64,000 bases of DNA from Lepidodermella squamata (taxonomy: Eukaryota; Animalia; Gastrotricha), in contig JBLDXI010000032.1 of NCBI GenBank assembly GCA_047495785.1, forward strand, positions 434,001 through 498,000, given 5' to 3'. The translations under genes and the position numbers were made by a program. The notes under the pieces are model-generated. The model searched no databases. It had not been told where the DNA came from and was given only the letters and a program-made list of their open reading frames with translations. This document shows, in pieces, positions 12,272 to 24,325 of the stretch. The number at the start of each line of letters is the position of its first letter. Positions within the stretch are counted from its first letter, which is position 1.

Positions 12272-15077
12272 GTTATTTTTAAAAGATAACGCTTGATAGT
12301 AGAAACGAAAGCCATGACTTTTTTCATTTTCAAGGTTACAAAAATAACCATATTTGTCGGTGGTTTTTCAGGGGTAATGATGCAAGTTGAGTCACATGTT
12401 GCTGTAACGCAGCGTTAAATTTATTTAAACGCGAAAACAAGCAGTTGAACTAAGCTAGCGCTTTTAGCTAAAAATAGCGTAAATTGGGTTATCAAACATT
12501 ATACTACTGCACGATGTTGAAATTATCGCGCTACAATACCGGCGCTGAGTCAAACGAGTAACGAGTGCGCGCGCTCACGTGAAAGCTTCAATAGAGGTGG
12601 CGTGTTTTTTTGGCAGCATCAAAAGCCCCCGTGAAAGAGATTGGTCACCACATACCGACATTTTTCACCATTAATAGCTCGGCTATTGAAAACATAAGAA
12701 GTTTATAGATCCGCCTTAAAAAATCGCAGTGGCGGGTAGAATAAGAGCAGCTGAAAGTTGATTAGATGTGTCAGGTCTGCACCGACGAGGTTGGCGTCAA
12801 ATCGCCGATTTCAGCTAAAAATAAAGTGAGCAGTCCCAAGCCGCGAAGCATGGAAAGTTGATATCTGCACGTGCAAGCTATTCATTTCTAAGAAAAATGA
12901 AGCAGCCAGCTAGTAATAAAGACATGTGAAGGTGTTTTATTACGCAGGGGTCTTCTAACGGCTAGTTTTTATGACACTGTAGCTCGGGTAAAAAGTGCGA
13001 CACCGAAATTAATAAGCGAGAGCGTCTTGTAAAGAAATCAAGTGTTGGTAAACAAGATTTCAGGAATGGCTGTTATTTCGAAAATAGAAGCAGTTATAGC
13101 TGGCAATTTTTACGATCGTTTACCTACTACGACTACTACATGACGTTAACGGAAACGCATAAAACTTGAGCGCAATAAATGTTGGCGCGTTCGCTTTGTA
13201 GATGCCGCGCATTTATGGCACCGCGTGTGCATTGACTGTAAGCGGAAGTCGAGCAGAGAACTGTTTTATTAATTAAGGCGCGATAATCAAGTCGCATCGC
13301 GCGCGGGCTTTTCACGGAAATTGCGCCTGATTCGCGGGATTTTTATGCGAATAACTCGTAACTGTCTGTTGAGAGAAAATTTATTATAACGCATAGTAAA
13401 TAAATTTATTGGCGGGCAATAATAATCGCATAACGGCTAGGTAGTTTATAGCAAGTAGCGTGTAGTGCACCTTGCCTTCTTCACGCTGGCTGGGCCGAGG
13501 GAACCTGGTTGGCCGCGCGAGAGAGGTCGCACCCATCGCAAGTTGTACCGCATACTAATAATATAACGCAGGGCGCACTTTTTGAGAACAAAAGAGGTGC
13601 GAGTTTCGTTGCGCGCATCTACATCTCGCCCGAGACATCTTTTCCACATTAATCACACGCGACAATGATGTCTCATTACAAGATGATGATGATGAGTGCA
13701 TAAATCAGCGCATCTTTTATCAAATTTAAGGTAGATATGAAAGGCTTCGCAAAAAAGGAAGTTGTTTTGCGAATCCTCACAAAACATTGGCATTGCATAC
13801 TACGATGAATTTATTTCCTGACGTGGGCTCTTTTGTTATTATTGTATTATCGCCTTACCTCAAGCGTTATTATCTTTTTTAACCGCAGTAATTTTGCGGA
13901 TGGCGTTTTTTTTACGAAATTTAGCGCCGTCTTGATCTATTTTCGTACACGTGAGCGCGTTATAATGAGTGCCGTGGCATCATCTGTCATTGTAGCGAGA
14001 AAAACATGCGAAGGCGAGATGTGGAAAAAAAAACGCCCAGGTAATCGAATTCGCCTCAGCGCCATCACCTTTCGCTTCGGAATAGCGCATGCTACGTGCA
14101 TCCGAGCGTAGATTATTTCATTAAAGTGTTAAATTCAATAAAAAAACGCAACCGTATCGCAATGTAATATGATTCGTTTTGTTACAGCTTTGCACCGAAT
14201 GTCGAGATATATCTAGAAAAATGCAGTCATCCTGACCGGACATCCAACTTCAAGACAAACGTGTAACAGTTATCGAAATTGTCACGAAGTCACACAAGAA
14301 AAATGACCGAAATCTGTCGAAAAAGTGTGACAAACGCACAGCGCCTACGACAGTAGGGCGAACTAAAAAACGATCAATCGTCCTTTTCGAGGTGATTAAT
14401 TATAACTCGCAAATACTTATCAGTATCTATGTAGTTTCGTTAATTAAGAAAAAAACGGAACTTACTTCGTAATTATCACCTGACCGCCGAAGGTCTTCAT
14501 GGACATGCGGCTTCATGTCGTCGCCAATTGAATAAGGAGAATCGATCATGTTCTTGCCATCAGGCAACAAAGACCAGCGGGTCGATGGAGGTCCTGATCC
14601 CTGCTGGTTCTCTTCGCCGTTGTTGTTGTTGTTGTTGTTGTTGTTAGCGTTGTGGTTGTTATTTTTCATAGACAAGTTTGCAGGCGATGCAGCGCTCATT
14701 TTCGCAATCATCGAATTAGGCGTTGTAGGTTCCGCCTTCAAAGCCCGCAAGTCATCGGTCGACAAATTGTGGAGCGGGAAAGCTGGGAACATGGCTTGAA
14801 CGTTATCGGCCGGGAAGTTGAACAGCGACGGCACGGCGGTTCGTTTCAAGACACGCCGGCCGTCTTTATGAACGACAAAATTATCGAGTTCAAAATGCTC
14901 GGAACAGATTCGGAGATTTCGCGACAACGGGTAATTTGTCACGCCAATCTTGGCGACCCAGCTTTGAAGCAGGTTTAGATCGGAAACCGGGAGACGGTGG
15001 AAAGACACTCCGCGGCTTCGGCAATCCTCACGATCAGGTCGGTTCTGGCAGCCCCAGACCATGCAGCAGTAAACCAT
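9497..15077 (-). CDS. Isoform A: THAP zinc finger plus shared NOL4-like corepressor tail; exons 15077-14466, 11592-11034, 9945-9497 (539 aa predicted)
   Basis: Complete THAP domain (MVYCCMVWGC..FHRLP..W..RICSEHF..LK..AVPSLF). Donor GAA|gtaagt (phase 0), acceptor ttttcag|GGG at 11593 (phase 0), donor CAG|gtcagt and acceptor ttttag|GA (phase 1) are all in frame. The tail has ALDLS and VRSLIAGYRESASFLTKAADELE. Confidence 0.8.
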
Positions 15078-17783
15078 TTTTTTTACAAAGTATTAACACA
15101 GCTATTAATTAAAAAGAGATAAAAAATTAAGGCGACCATTTCTCGGTGCATAGTGTTATTGAGATGGTAACTTTTCAGTACCATTTATGCGCGAGTTTTT
15201 TGCGTCTTTGACGCATCGCGCTGCTAAGCAACTTTGAAAAGTTGAAACTGCTGGCGTCTATGAGCGAATGAATGGCGATCGTGGCGCCCCTCCTTTGAAA
15301 AAGTGCCATCATCACCATCATAGTCATAGTCATAATCGGGTGCACGCATTAGCGCCGCCGCAATTCAGGCTACGGTGCTGCACCTAATCCGGTGTGAGAA
15401 GAAAGGCGTGCCCGAGAGGCCCCGCGCGCCCGTTATGAAAAGACCGCGTACAGTGGTGGCCAGCCAAAGTTCACTCGCGATGGATGGGACAGGATGCGCC
15501 CTGTGTCTGTTACACAAAACGTGTGTCGACGATGGCGAACGGCGATAAAGGTAATTCATCAGATTTAGCAACTCGAGCGCCCGGGTGCTATATAACAATA
15601 ATAACACAACTAAACGCGAAGTAATAATAGGACTAATCTCTTAAAAGCGCCTATTATTATTATGTTATTTCCAGCATGGCTTTGGGCGTTTGAAGTTTAG
15701 GGAACGCACGTACCGGGCTTAAATGAAACGAAAACAATTCACGCTGAGGCTTCCATTGCACCTTGCGAGGCTCGCGACGAAGGTGGTGGTAATGATGCGA
15801 CAGCGGCGGTGGCGGGTTTAGGGCCCACGATACGATGGAACGCGCGCACGCTTCTCAAAATATTGCAATACGGCAGCCCCTGCTGCTAAATAACTGTACG
15901 GCAGTACTAAAATTATTGTCAACCAACCAAACCAACGGTCGGCAACAAGCGAGCGAGCGAGCGGGAGGAGGTGGCCAGGTCTGGGTTGGCTTTGCTCGGC
16001 CACATTACTGCGAAAATAATTACACACCAGGCAGCCGCCGAGCGAGAGGAGACAAGCAATAAACGCGCGTGTGTTTTCTGCAGCGCCAGAGTGGCTGTCG
16101 TGGTCTTCTTTATTAATGGGCACCGAGAGCGCGGGATGAGCCCGCACCACACGACCAGCACGTGGCAGTGGCGAAAAAACCATAATAAACGACGCGTTCT
16201 TTTTTAATGACCCCCTCGTGCAGCAGTCGACAGGCGCCCTAGAAATTATAAAAACAAACACGGTTCTGCCGGGTTGTTTTATGCGCAGCGAAAAAAAATG
16301 ACAGAAAAAACGATATTTAAGGAGGACTTTTCATTTTAATACCGGAAATTTATTGCAGAAACAGAACATGGCAGTGGAACTAGTACCTCGTCGATTAACG
16401 ACTTCAGCAATCCTCACGGCCCGTTAAAACTGACGATAATGAGCCAAGGCATGTTTTGAATGAATATTGTCGTTCAATAAAGCCGCCGCCGCCAGGCCTG
16501 GTTCGCGTGGTGACCTGCAGTGCGTTTGTTGCTGTTCGACGTGGGTATTACTGCGTAGCCCACCAATACGCACGACGCGACTGGCGGCGGCGGTGGCAAT
16601 AAACCAGTCCCTTTGCGAAAATTATTATTTGAAGCTAGGTAGGTATAGATGATATGTGCGCGCAATCTCCAATGGGTACATCTCTCGCTGAATTTCTGCC
16701 GGCTACCGCGCGGTGTCGTTGTGGCCAATCCTCTTAACATCGCCACGTTATGCTTAACCCCAAACAAGGAGCCGCGCTTTGGTTGTATTGCGCGCCGCCG
16801 ACCTGCAATGATATGACGATGATGATGATGATGATGACGAAGTACAATTCGGGTGGGTTTTTGCCGTGTAGAAAGCATAACAATCAATTTCGCAATATGA
16901 TTCTAAAAACCGGCGCGATTTCCCACCGAGCGCGGCTGGTTGATGCTCCATTAAGTTATGTAGCCAGTCTGGCACCGCTGGGAAAAAAAGCGTCGAGTAG
17001 AGGATGAGTAAAGTGCGCGGGGTTTGAATTTTTAATGGGCAAGCGAGTAAAAAGCTTCCGCGCACTACTACCATCACCTCACCTCCACGATTGTGACGGA
17101 TCTCAGGGCGTCGGCGCATCAGCATTAGCAGGCGCAGTGCTCGCTTTTTTGTATAGGCAAACAATAAATAGCACGAAAAATACGTGAATAGAAAATGCGA
17201 ATATAGCAGCTTATACCAGCTGCGGTGTTGTTCGGTATCACGGAGAGGTCTTCACTTTAGGCCGATAGATTATAGCCGCTCCGGAACGTGGCAAAACTGA
17301 CAAATAATGATCAAAATGGCAATAAAACAAAAATTAAAACTTAGCGCCTCCAAATTTCCAATTTTTTAAACAGAAAAAAGCCTCGCAATAAAGGATGACT
17401 TGCGATAATGCAACGGTTTTGTCTGAATTGGAATCCCGCTCTTTTGAGTTTTCATTTTCGTTTTACCTAAAAATACCGTAAGCTGGCCTAATTTCGGACA
17501 AAAACGTGTTTTTCGGGCTTCGTTTTGTGAGGTTAACGAATTTCTTTACACGCTTTATGTCAAAAGATGCGCCTTGAAAAACTGCATAGTCTAGCATCAA
17601 CTCCGGTAAACAAATAATTTTCCCTGTACAGGTATTGAAGGAAAACTGATCCGGCTAATTTCGGACACAACTGGAGTAATTTCGGACAGCTCAGTGTGAA
17701 TATTTAGATTGGGGCCAAAGTTCACATTAAAGCGAGATAAAATTTGTGAGCAGATTAAAAGTAAAAAAAATAAAAAAATAAAA

Positions 17784-17860
17784 TGCATGAGAGGGATTCG
17801 AACCCTCGATCGTGAATTGTGCTCCCAACGCAGCTGGTGCTGTTCTCACTGAGATATGGA
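17784..17860 (-). pseudogene. Degenerate tRNA-like / SINE-head sequence inside the MITE
   Basis: Intact T-arm GAGGG-TTCGAAT-CCCTC (B box), a weak A-box-like TCTCAGTGAGAACAGC and a downstream T-rich terminator. No convincing acceptor or anticodon stem. Confidence 0.5.
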
Positions 17861-17916
17861 TTTTAAAAAATGTCACGGTCAAGTGGCATACCTATTTTTA
17901 AATTCTTTGTAGTAGT

Positions 17917-18982
17917 CATAGATAAATAAGTGAGAAAAGATAGGAAACTCCTGCATGAGCATTGTTCCGAAATTCGGCGTCAGCTGTGACCAATGGTTGA
18001 ACGCTCGTCCATTTTCGTTTAATCGAAATTTTGGCATTTTTTCAAGCCTCACTTCTCATTCTTATTGCATAGCCCACCTGGCAAACGCTGCGCAAGACCT
18101 CAGTCTATATTCAAGGGCATCTTGCCCAGATACCGTATTTTTTTGAATTTTGTTCATAGCGTCGAAATTCGAAATTTGCATCTCAGCCGCGCGGGATTGT
18201 CGATAAAAAATTTCTAAAAAATCGACCAACTTTGGAATTTATTTGCCAAAATGGTAAGTCGAATTTTTCGCCGCACGGCGGCCCATGATGCTATCACACC
18301 TTCGTCTACATCCTGTAAAAGTTTCAGACTTGGCTTTTGAATCAGGGCGAAATGGGAGTTGATCTAAAAATGTCGACTTTTTACTTGCAAAATCGCGAGA
18401 ATCGAGGAAAATGTTCCTCACTTTTAAGTTGTGCGTGCACCATGTGGCTCACACAGCTACGATGAATCATGCGCATACGATGACCATTTTTAATAAAAAT
18501 CAATGGCAAAGATTAGGAAAAATCACACTTCCAATTCCACTCTACCGCTCGTCTCACTTGCAGAAGCCAAAGTTGCTGTTTTGGCTGGTATTAGAACATA
18601 GGCAGATGTACCTATAGCCAAAAGGAAACGCCAAAATACGACTTACCATTTTGGCAAAAAAATTTCAAAGTTTAACAACTTTTTAGATTTTTTTTAACAA
18701 CGCTTCCATACGGCTGAGCAACAAATTTCGAATTTTGATGCTATGAACAATATTCAAAAAATACGGTATCTGGGGAAGATGCCCGACCATTAAGACTGAA
18801 GCCTTGCGCAGCGTTTGCCAGGTGGGCTATGCAATAAGAATGAGAAGTGAGGCTTGAAAAAATGCCAAAATTTCGATTAAACGAAAATGGACGAGCGTTC
18901 AACCATTGGTCACAGCTGACGCCGAATTTCGGAACAATGCTCATGCAGGAGTTTCCTATCTTTTCTCACTTATTTATCTATG
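17917..18982. mobile_element. P-superfamily-like (foldback) non-autonomous element with about 350-bp TIRs, nested in the previous element
   Basis: Ends CATAGATAAATAAG...CTTATTTATCTATG; perfect 8-bp TSD GTAGTAGT (17909-17916, 18983-18990); CANRG terminus. Arms about 17917-18267 and 18633-18982 explain the duplicated ORFs 17955+ and 18944-. hAT cannot be excluded. Confidence 0.88.
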
Positions 18983-19507
18983 GTAGTAGTTTGAAGCTGT
19001 CCGAAATTAGCCGGGACAAAATGGGTTTTCTAAAGCATTTCCTGATCAAAATTTTCGTTTAAAAACGGTTTGAACATTATAACAGCATTACTAAATCGAT
19101 GGCGCTCTATATTTTCCGCTTCTTTCCACCAAAAAATACCTACTTGGTGAAAAGTTAGTAATTTTGGGTTGCGGGACATGCCTGCGAAGAAATTGGGCCA
19201 TTCTTCGCATCCATATCCGTTTTTCATCTTTCATGTGTCATTTGAAAGACAAGACTCAGGACTATCTTCTGCATTTGAACGGACTCTAATTTGCCCGGGT
19301 TGAGGAGAAATTTAATTTCAAAGTCATAAGTGTCCGAAATTACCCCGTCCGATGAAATTAGACCAGCTTACGGTACTGACAGAAAACGGTGACTTCTTGT
19401 ATTTAAGTACAGGAGTTTTAAGAAATTGAGGAGTTCCATTGGCAAAAGAATGCTTGAAATTCTTCAACTTCTTAAAGATCCTCATTAAATTGACGCGCCT
19501 TCTGCGG

Positions 19508-19527
19508 AATTTTTCGGCCACCCTGTA
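19508..19527. mobile_element. Solo Tc1/mariner-like terminal repeat
   Basis: tttttcggccaccctg|TA matches the common TA-CAGGGTGGCC terminus; no partner end was found. Confidence 0.4.
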
Positions 19528-20385
19528 AAGAAATTTCAAGTTCAAATAGACATTTTTTGATCAAACTCAGATTTTCACGGCATAAACAAGCTCGTTTCTT
19601 GTATCTTGTATATTTTCAATATTTTCCTGTACAGTATCCAACGACCATATCTTGCGAAATTTCGGCTAAACCCTTCAGAATGTTCAGTCGTAAAGAACGA
19701 AATTTGAACCGTTTACAACGCAAACAAGGTGCATGAAATGCGCCGTTCCGAAAAAATTTCTTTAGGAAGCTTTCCCCTGCCTGTCGAATTCGCTCGCTCG
19801 ATTTATAATTTATACGAATAATTTTTGACTCTTGGAATTTCGAATAATTTCCCCCTGAAATTGATTGAATTTTAGGCATAGGTATGAACTTCACTGAAAT
19901 CACTTTGATTCAATAGATATGGGCTTGGGACTAATAATAATATGACCATTATTCCCAAGCTCGAGTGCACACTGCTGGCCAAACGACACGGTGGAAATGA
20001 GACCGTTTGTAAGAAAGCGACTGATATCTTGAAAAGTGCCGCAATGAATCACAATCAAAACACCATTTACTACTAATAACGGACAATTTTTAATCAAATC
20101 GCCACGAAGTAATCAGCGGTTTTCTATTTATGGCAGTACCATAATGATAAAAATAATGTTTCCCCGCGCAGAAAAAACCATGGCGTGAATCACGTACTCA
20201 AACATATGGACAAAGTACCGGAGTATGGACAATATTGCATCATAATAATTAGTTCAGTCGTTATTCATCAGGATAAGGTAATCGCAAACAGTTCCGCCGC
20301 AATTTATCGTGCTCTATATATTGGATTCCTTTTGCCACATAAACCGCATTGTAATACATTTGCGTTTGAATAAAAACCAATACTC

Positions 20386-22183
20386 ATGGCAATCATCTCA
20401 ATACCTTGGGGCGGCATTTTGGCTGCAACAGGGATTACAGCGATTTTTGCTTTCATAGCAGCTTACCGATACGTGAGGAAGTACAGGAACATCTTCAAGG
20501 AGATCGGACTTAACGAGCTGCCTCAGAAAGGATGGACGGGAGGCTGGACTTTGTGGATGGAAAAGGTATTTGAAGACCATTAATCTGCTTATAGAATAAT
20601 TCATCCTCCTGCAGGGAGACAACTTGTTTGAGCTTGAAACGGATCTCATACGAAAGCATGGGAAAGTGTTCGGCTATTTTGAAGGACGCCAGCCTGCAAT
20701 TATGATGGCAGACCCTGATATGCTGAAACAGGTCATGATCAAGGAACACGATCACTTCATTGATCGAAGGGTTTTCTTCGCTGCGAGAGATCGACCAATG
20801 GACCTTCAGGTAACAAACCTGACCGGCCGGCGATGGAAGCATGTAAGGCAGCAGTTGACGCCAGCGTTTACCCCTGCGAATATGAGAAGAATGGAGCCTT
20901 TGATACAAAAGGTCGTTGACCAGCTCTATGTGAACATTGAAAAGCAGGCGCTAATTTCGAAGCCATTCGATGCTAAAGAGTAAGATGCGCTTTTCTTATT
21001 CTGCGCACTTGGTTAAATTCCGTGACATCGCATTAGATACGCCGGGTTTTATACTCTAGATGCAGTCGCATCAGTGGCATTCGGTTTGGAAATTGATTCG
21101 TTCAACAACCAGCAAAACCCCTTTGTAACCAATGCGAAGAAAGTGTTCTCAGTGGTTCCGCTAACAGGCTCATTCATCGCCTCATTACGTAATCATAGTT
21201 TCCTATGCTAGGCTTAATTGCTAGAGGTAATACATTAATTTTGATAGTCCTCTTCCCTGGGTTCACGGAAGCGTTGTTGAAAATGCTTCCGATCTGGTCA
21301 ATGGTTGCTAAACTTTTCAAACTTTTCCAAGACGTAATTGAAGAGGAAATTGAGAGGCGAAAGCAGCCAGAAGTGGCGGCTCAGCGTCATGACTTTCTGT
21401 CTATGGTGATACCGCTCGAAAGAGATCCCAAAGACCCGAAAAACAAGGAATTTGTTGAATACGACGAGCTCGGAGGGGTTTGGCTTCGAAATGGTCTTAC
21501 GAGAGATGAAATAATCGGACAATCGGTCCTGTTCTTCCTTGCTGGCTATGAGACAACCGCGACTACTCTTACTATGGCCTTGCTTGCACTATGCGAGAAT
21601 CCTCATGTTCAAGAGAAGCTCTACCAAGATTTGCGCAAAGCTTTCCCGGAAGATGGCAAGGCATTCACGATGGATGCCTTGAATGAAGTACCCTATCTCG
21701 ACATGGTCGTGAATGAGACGCTGCGCTATTACACGCCTGTCCTAAGGTAACATACCGCCAAACTTTGGTGGCTAATTTTTCTGATGAATATAATTTGTTT
21801 TCAGGGTGGATCGAATGTGCACCTCCGAAACAGTTATCAGTGGTATAACTATACCAAAAGGGGTCACTGTTATCATTCCAGTTAGTGCTGTACATCATGA
21901 CCCTGACTACTGGACTGATGTCGATAAATTCATACCTGAGCGATTTTCTGCAGAAAACTCGGAAAGCCTGATACAGAATGCTTTCATTCCTTTTGGAGAT
22001 GGTAACAGGCATTGCATTGGGATGAGGTTGGCTCTTCTAGAGCTCAAAATGGCACTAGCAAAGCTAATCCTCGGTTTTAAATTTACGATTTCCCCCGAAA
22101 CTGATTTGCCCATTAGGTGGTTGCCCACAGCGTTCAGGACTCCCCATTGTAGCATCATGCTCCAACCAGAACGAAGACTATGA
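20386..22183 (+). CDS. Cytochrome P450, clan 3 (CYP3A/CYP5-like), 5 exons
   Basis: N-terminal TM anchor, WKHVR, I-helix FFLAGYETT, K-helix ETLR, PERF and heme motif FGDGNRHCIG. Short GT-AG introns link the ORFs. Confidence 0.95.
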
Positions 22184-23707
22184 ACCTTTCATAGATTTTC
22201 TTGGCAGATTAACGGCTTTATAATCAAAAATCAACCTCAAGTTGTAATCATCGGCAATTTATTATTGCAAGATTAAGTACTCGCTTCGCTTGACGTGAAT
22301 TAATTTAATATCACGCCCGGCGGGCTGGGTAAAGCGGAGAGAGTTTTATTTTATCATTTTTCCTTCTCATTTTCTGTATAATACTGTCATTTTCTTTGTA
22401 AATGCTTTTATATTGTTTATTCGAAGGAACAAATGACCAAATAAAGAGAATGTATGATTAGATATAAAGCATCCCTATTTGACTGTACTTGCGTTTGAAG
22501 GCGAGTTGACTCTTCGAACATCGAATGGAGTTTTTTCTATCTAGCCGAGTTCCATGCAGATTGGTATAATAATTTGTGGGATATTTTTGAAGCGTCTGAT
22601 GTTGCACAACCTGATAGGACCATTCAGAACATTCTCCAGAATTGGGCTTATGATGCCGATGACTAAAACTGACAAAAGGAAGCGCGTTTTTGCAAAAAAT
22701 TACGTTCCAGTGTGTTTGACTATTATTTCATTATCTACCGGTTTCAACAAAAAGGTCGTGAATGAATTGAGACAGTCTAAGCTGACTAAAGTTTTGTAAT
22801 ACATATATAAGATCAAAACAGAGAATTATGATACAAGGATGCCAAGGATGTACAAAACCATGTATTTTATGTTCAGTGCAAGTTTTCAATATCAATTGGG
22901 CCCTCGTGACTGCCTTCGACACCGTTAAGGATTCCTTAATTTTTGCTCTAAATATCTAAGGATTCCTCAATCACGTATTCATCAGTTATCAAACCGCAAA
23001 GTCTCCTCTTTGATCATGGTTCGTTCTTCTTTATTTTTTCGAAAGCTGCATAGGTTGCGATTCGCCAACAAAAGGACTGTCAATTTTTTTATTACTCCAT
23101 TCATTTTTTATCTTCGCTTTTCTTTTTTTGAATAGAGCGAGCAGGTTAAAGGAGGTTTTTCATTCCCGAAAATCGTTCGCACTCCACCAGAATATAACGT
23201 ATAATGTGACAAAAATGCATTTTTGTTTGTTTGTGGAAATATCTTTTTACGTCGCTTCAAGCAAGTGATAAGATAAGTGCGGAATATCTGATTGGCTCGT
23301 TGAAATAGGTCGGTCAAACTTATGCTGAGGATTCAGTCTGGAAAAATCTCAAGAACAAGACTACTCTTGCTACATACATATTTATATATGCTGTCTCACG
23401 CCCTTATTCTCTCATTTTCCTATAGCTTTATCTGGCCAAATTTCCAAAGAAGGGCTACAACGCTCATCTTTGTTATCGATTACGCCTCGCACGCTTGCAA
23501 AACTTGATCGACACCGTAAACAACACGCACATGTAATCAAATATTTAATATTTTTTATTGCTTTTCGCTACTGCAGCGCTATAACCATCAAGGTACCTAT
23601 TTTACCTGTCTGTCGCTTTACTAGCTACAAACAGTTACTGGCAGCTAGTTTATATTATATAGACACATCGATTTTGTCACTCGTAGTCACACCTTTTCTA
23701 CCTTAAA

Positions 23708-24325
23708 ATGTCACCAAATCAAACAGCACAAAGCAAGACCGATGGAGGAGGATTCAGGAAAAGTTACACCGATCAAGGCGTTGAGGGGTACTATAGAAAA
23801 TCCGGAAGTTATTACCGCAACCCTCACGAAGCAAAGATTTCAGACGCAATAAAATACTGTTTCAACGAGAGAAAATGGCTGAAAGATGATTTGATTAAGA
23901 CCGATTTGAAAATACTGGATCTAGCCTGTGGCAGTGGCGAGGCAACTTTGGCCTTTCAATCTCTAGGAATCACCGATGATATATCCGGAATCGACCCTTT
24001 TACAGCCGATGCTTATCTAGATAGAACCGGCACGCGGGCTGAGACATTCACCTTTTCAGACATAGCTACACTGGGAGTTCTCGAGGGTCGTAGCTACGAT
24101 TTAATCGTATGCAGCTACGCCATGCATTTGTGCCCTCAATCGCTGTTAGTTTTGCTGTGCTATAACCTAGCGATGATCTCGCGATATCTCGTCATTAGTT
24201 CGCCTCATAAATTGCCGCATCTGGAAGGTTCCAACAGCTACGGTTGGCAACTCATCGACCATGTAGTACATGAACGCGTTCATTTGAGACTATTCAAGTC
24301 AACTATTCTTGATGAATCATCCTAA
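23708..24325 (+). CDS. Class I SAM-dependent methyltransferase, intronless, 205 aa
   Basis: Motif I ILDLACGSGE, post-I GIDP, motif II YDLIVCSYAMHL; N-terminal YRNPHE. Confidence 0.88.
   Translation: MSPNQTAQSKTDGGGFRKSYTDQGVEGYYRKSGSYYRNPHEAKISDAIKYCFNERKWLKDDLIKTDLKILDLACGSGEATLAFQSLGITDDISGIDPFTADAYLDRTGTRAETFTFSDIATLGVLEGRSYDLIVCSYAMHLCPQSLLVLLCYNLAMISRYLVISSPHKLPHLEGSNSYGWQLIDHVVHERVHLRLFKSTILDESS

Larger units (their letters stand above)
17476..19373. mobile_element. pogo/Tc2-type non-autonomous element (about 824 bp without its insert)
   Basis: TA|CCGTAAGCTGGCCTAATTTC ... GAAATTAGACCAGCTTACGG|TA (19/20 TIR match, TA TSD). TAATTTCGGACA occurs three times on the left and twice inverted on the right. 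Confidence 0.88.

Noticed and set aside
15365-17164. Several overlapping 60-150 aa ORFs
   Set aside because: No recognisable domains or consistent splice phases; they arise from GC-rich non-coding DNA and a (GAT)n microsatellite.
17955-18944. Two near-identical ORFs (MSIVPKFGVSCDQW...) on opposite strands
   Set aside because: They are by-products of the inverted arms of the foldback element, not duplicated genes.
22501-22665. Possible orphan exon (…FYLAEFHADWYNNLWDIFE…) after the CYP gene
   Set aside because: No start codon, partner exon or known motif.
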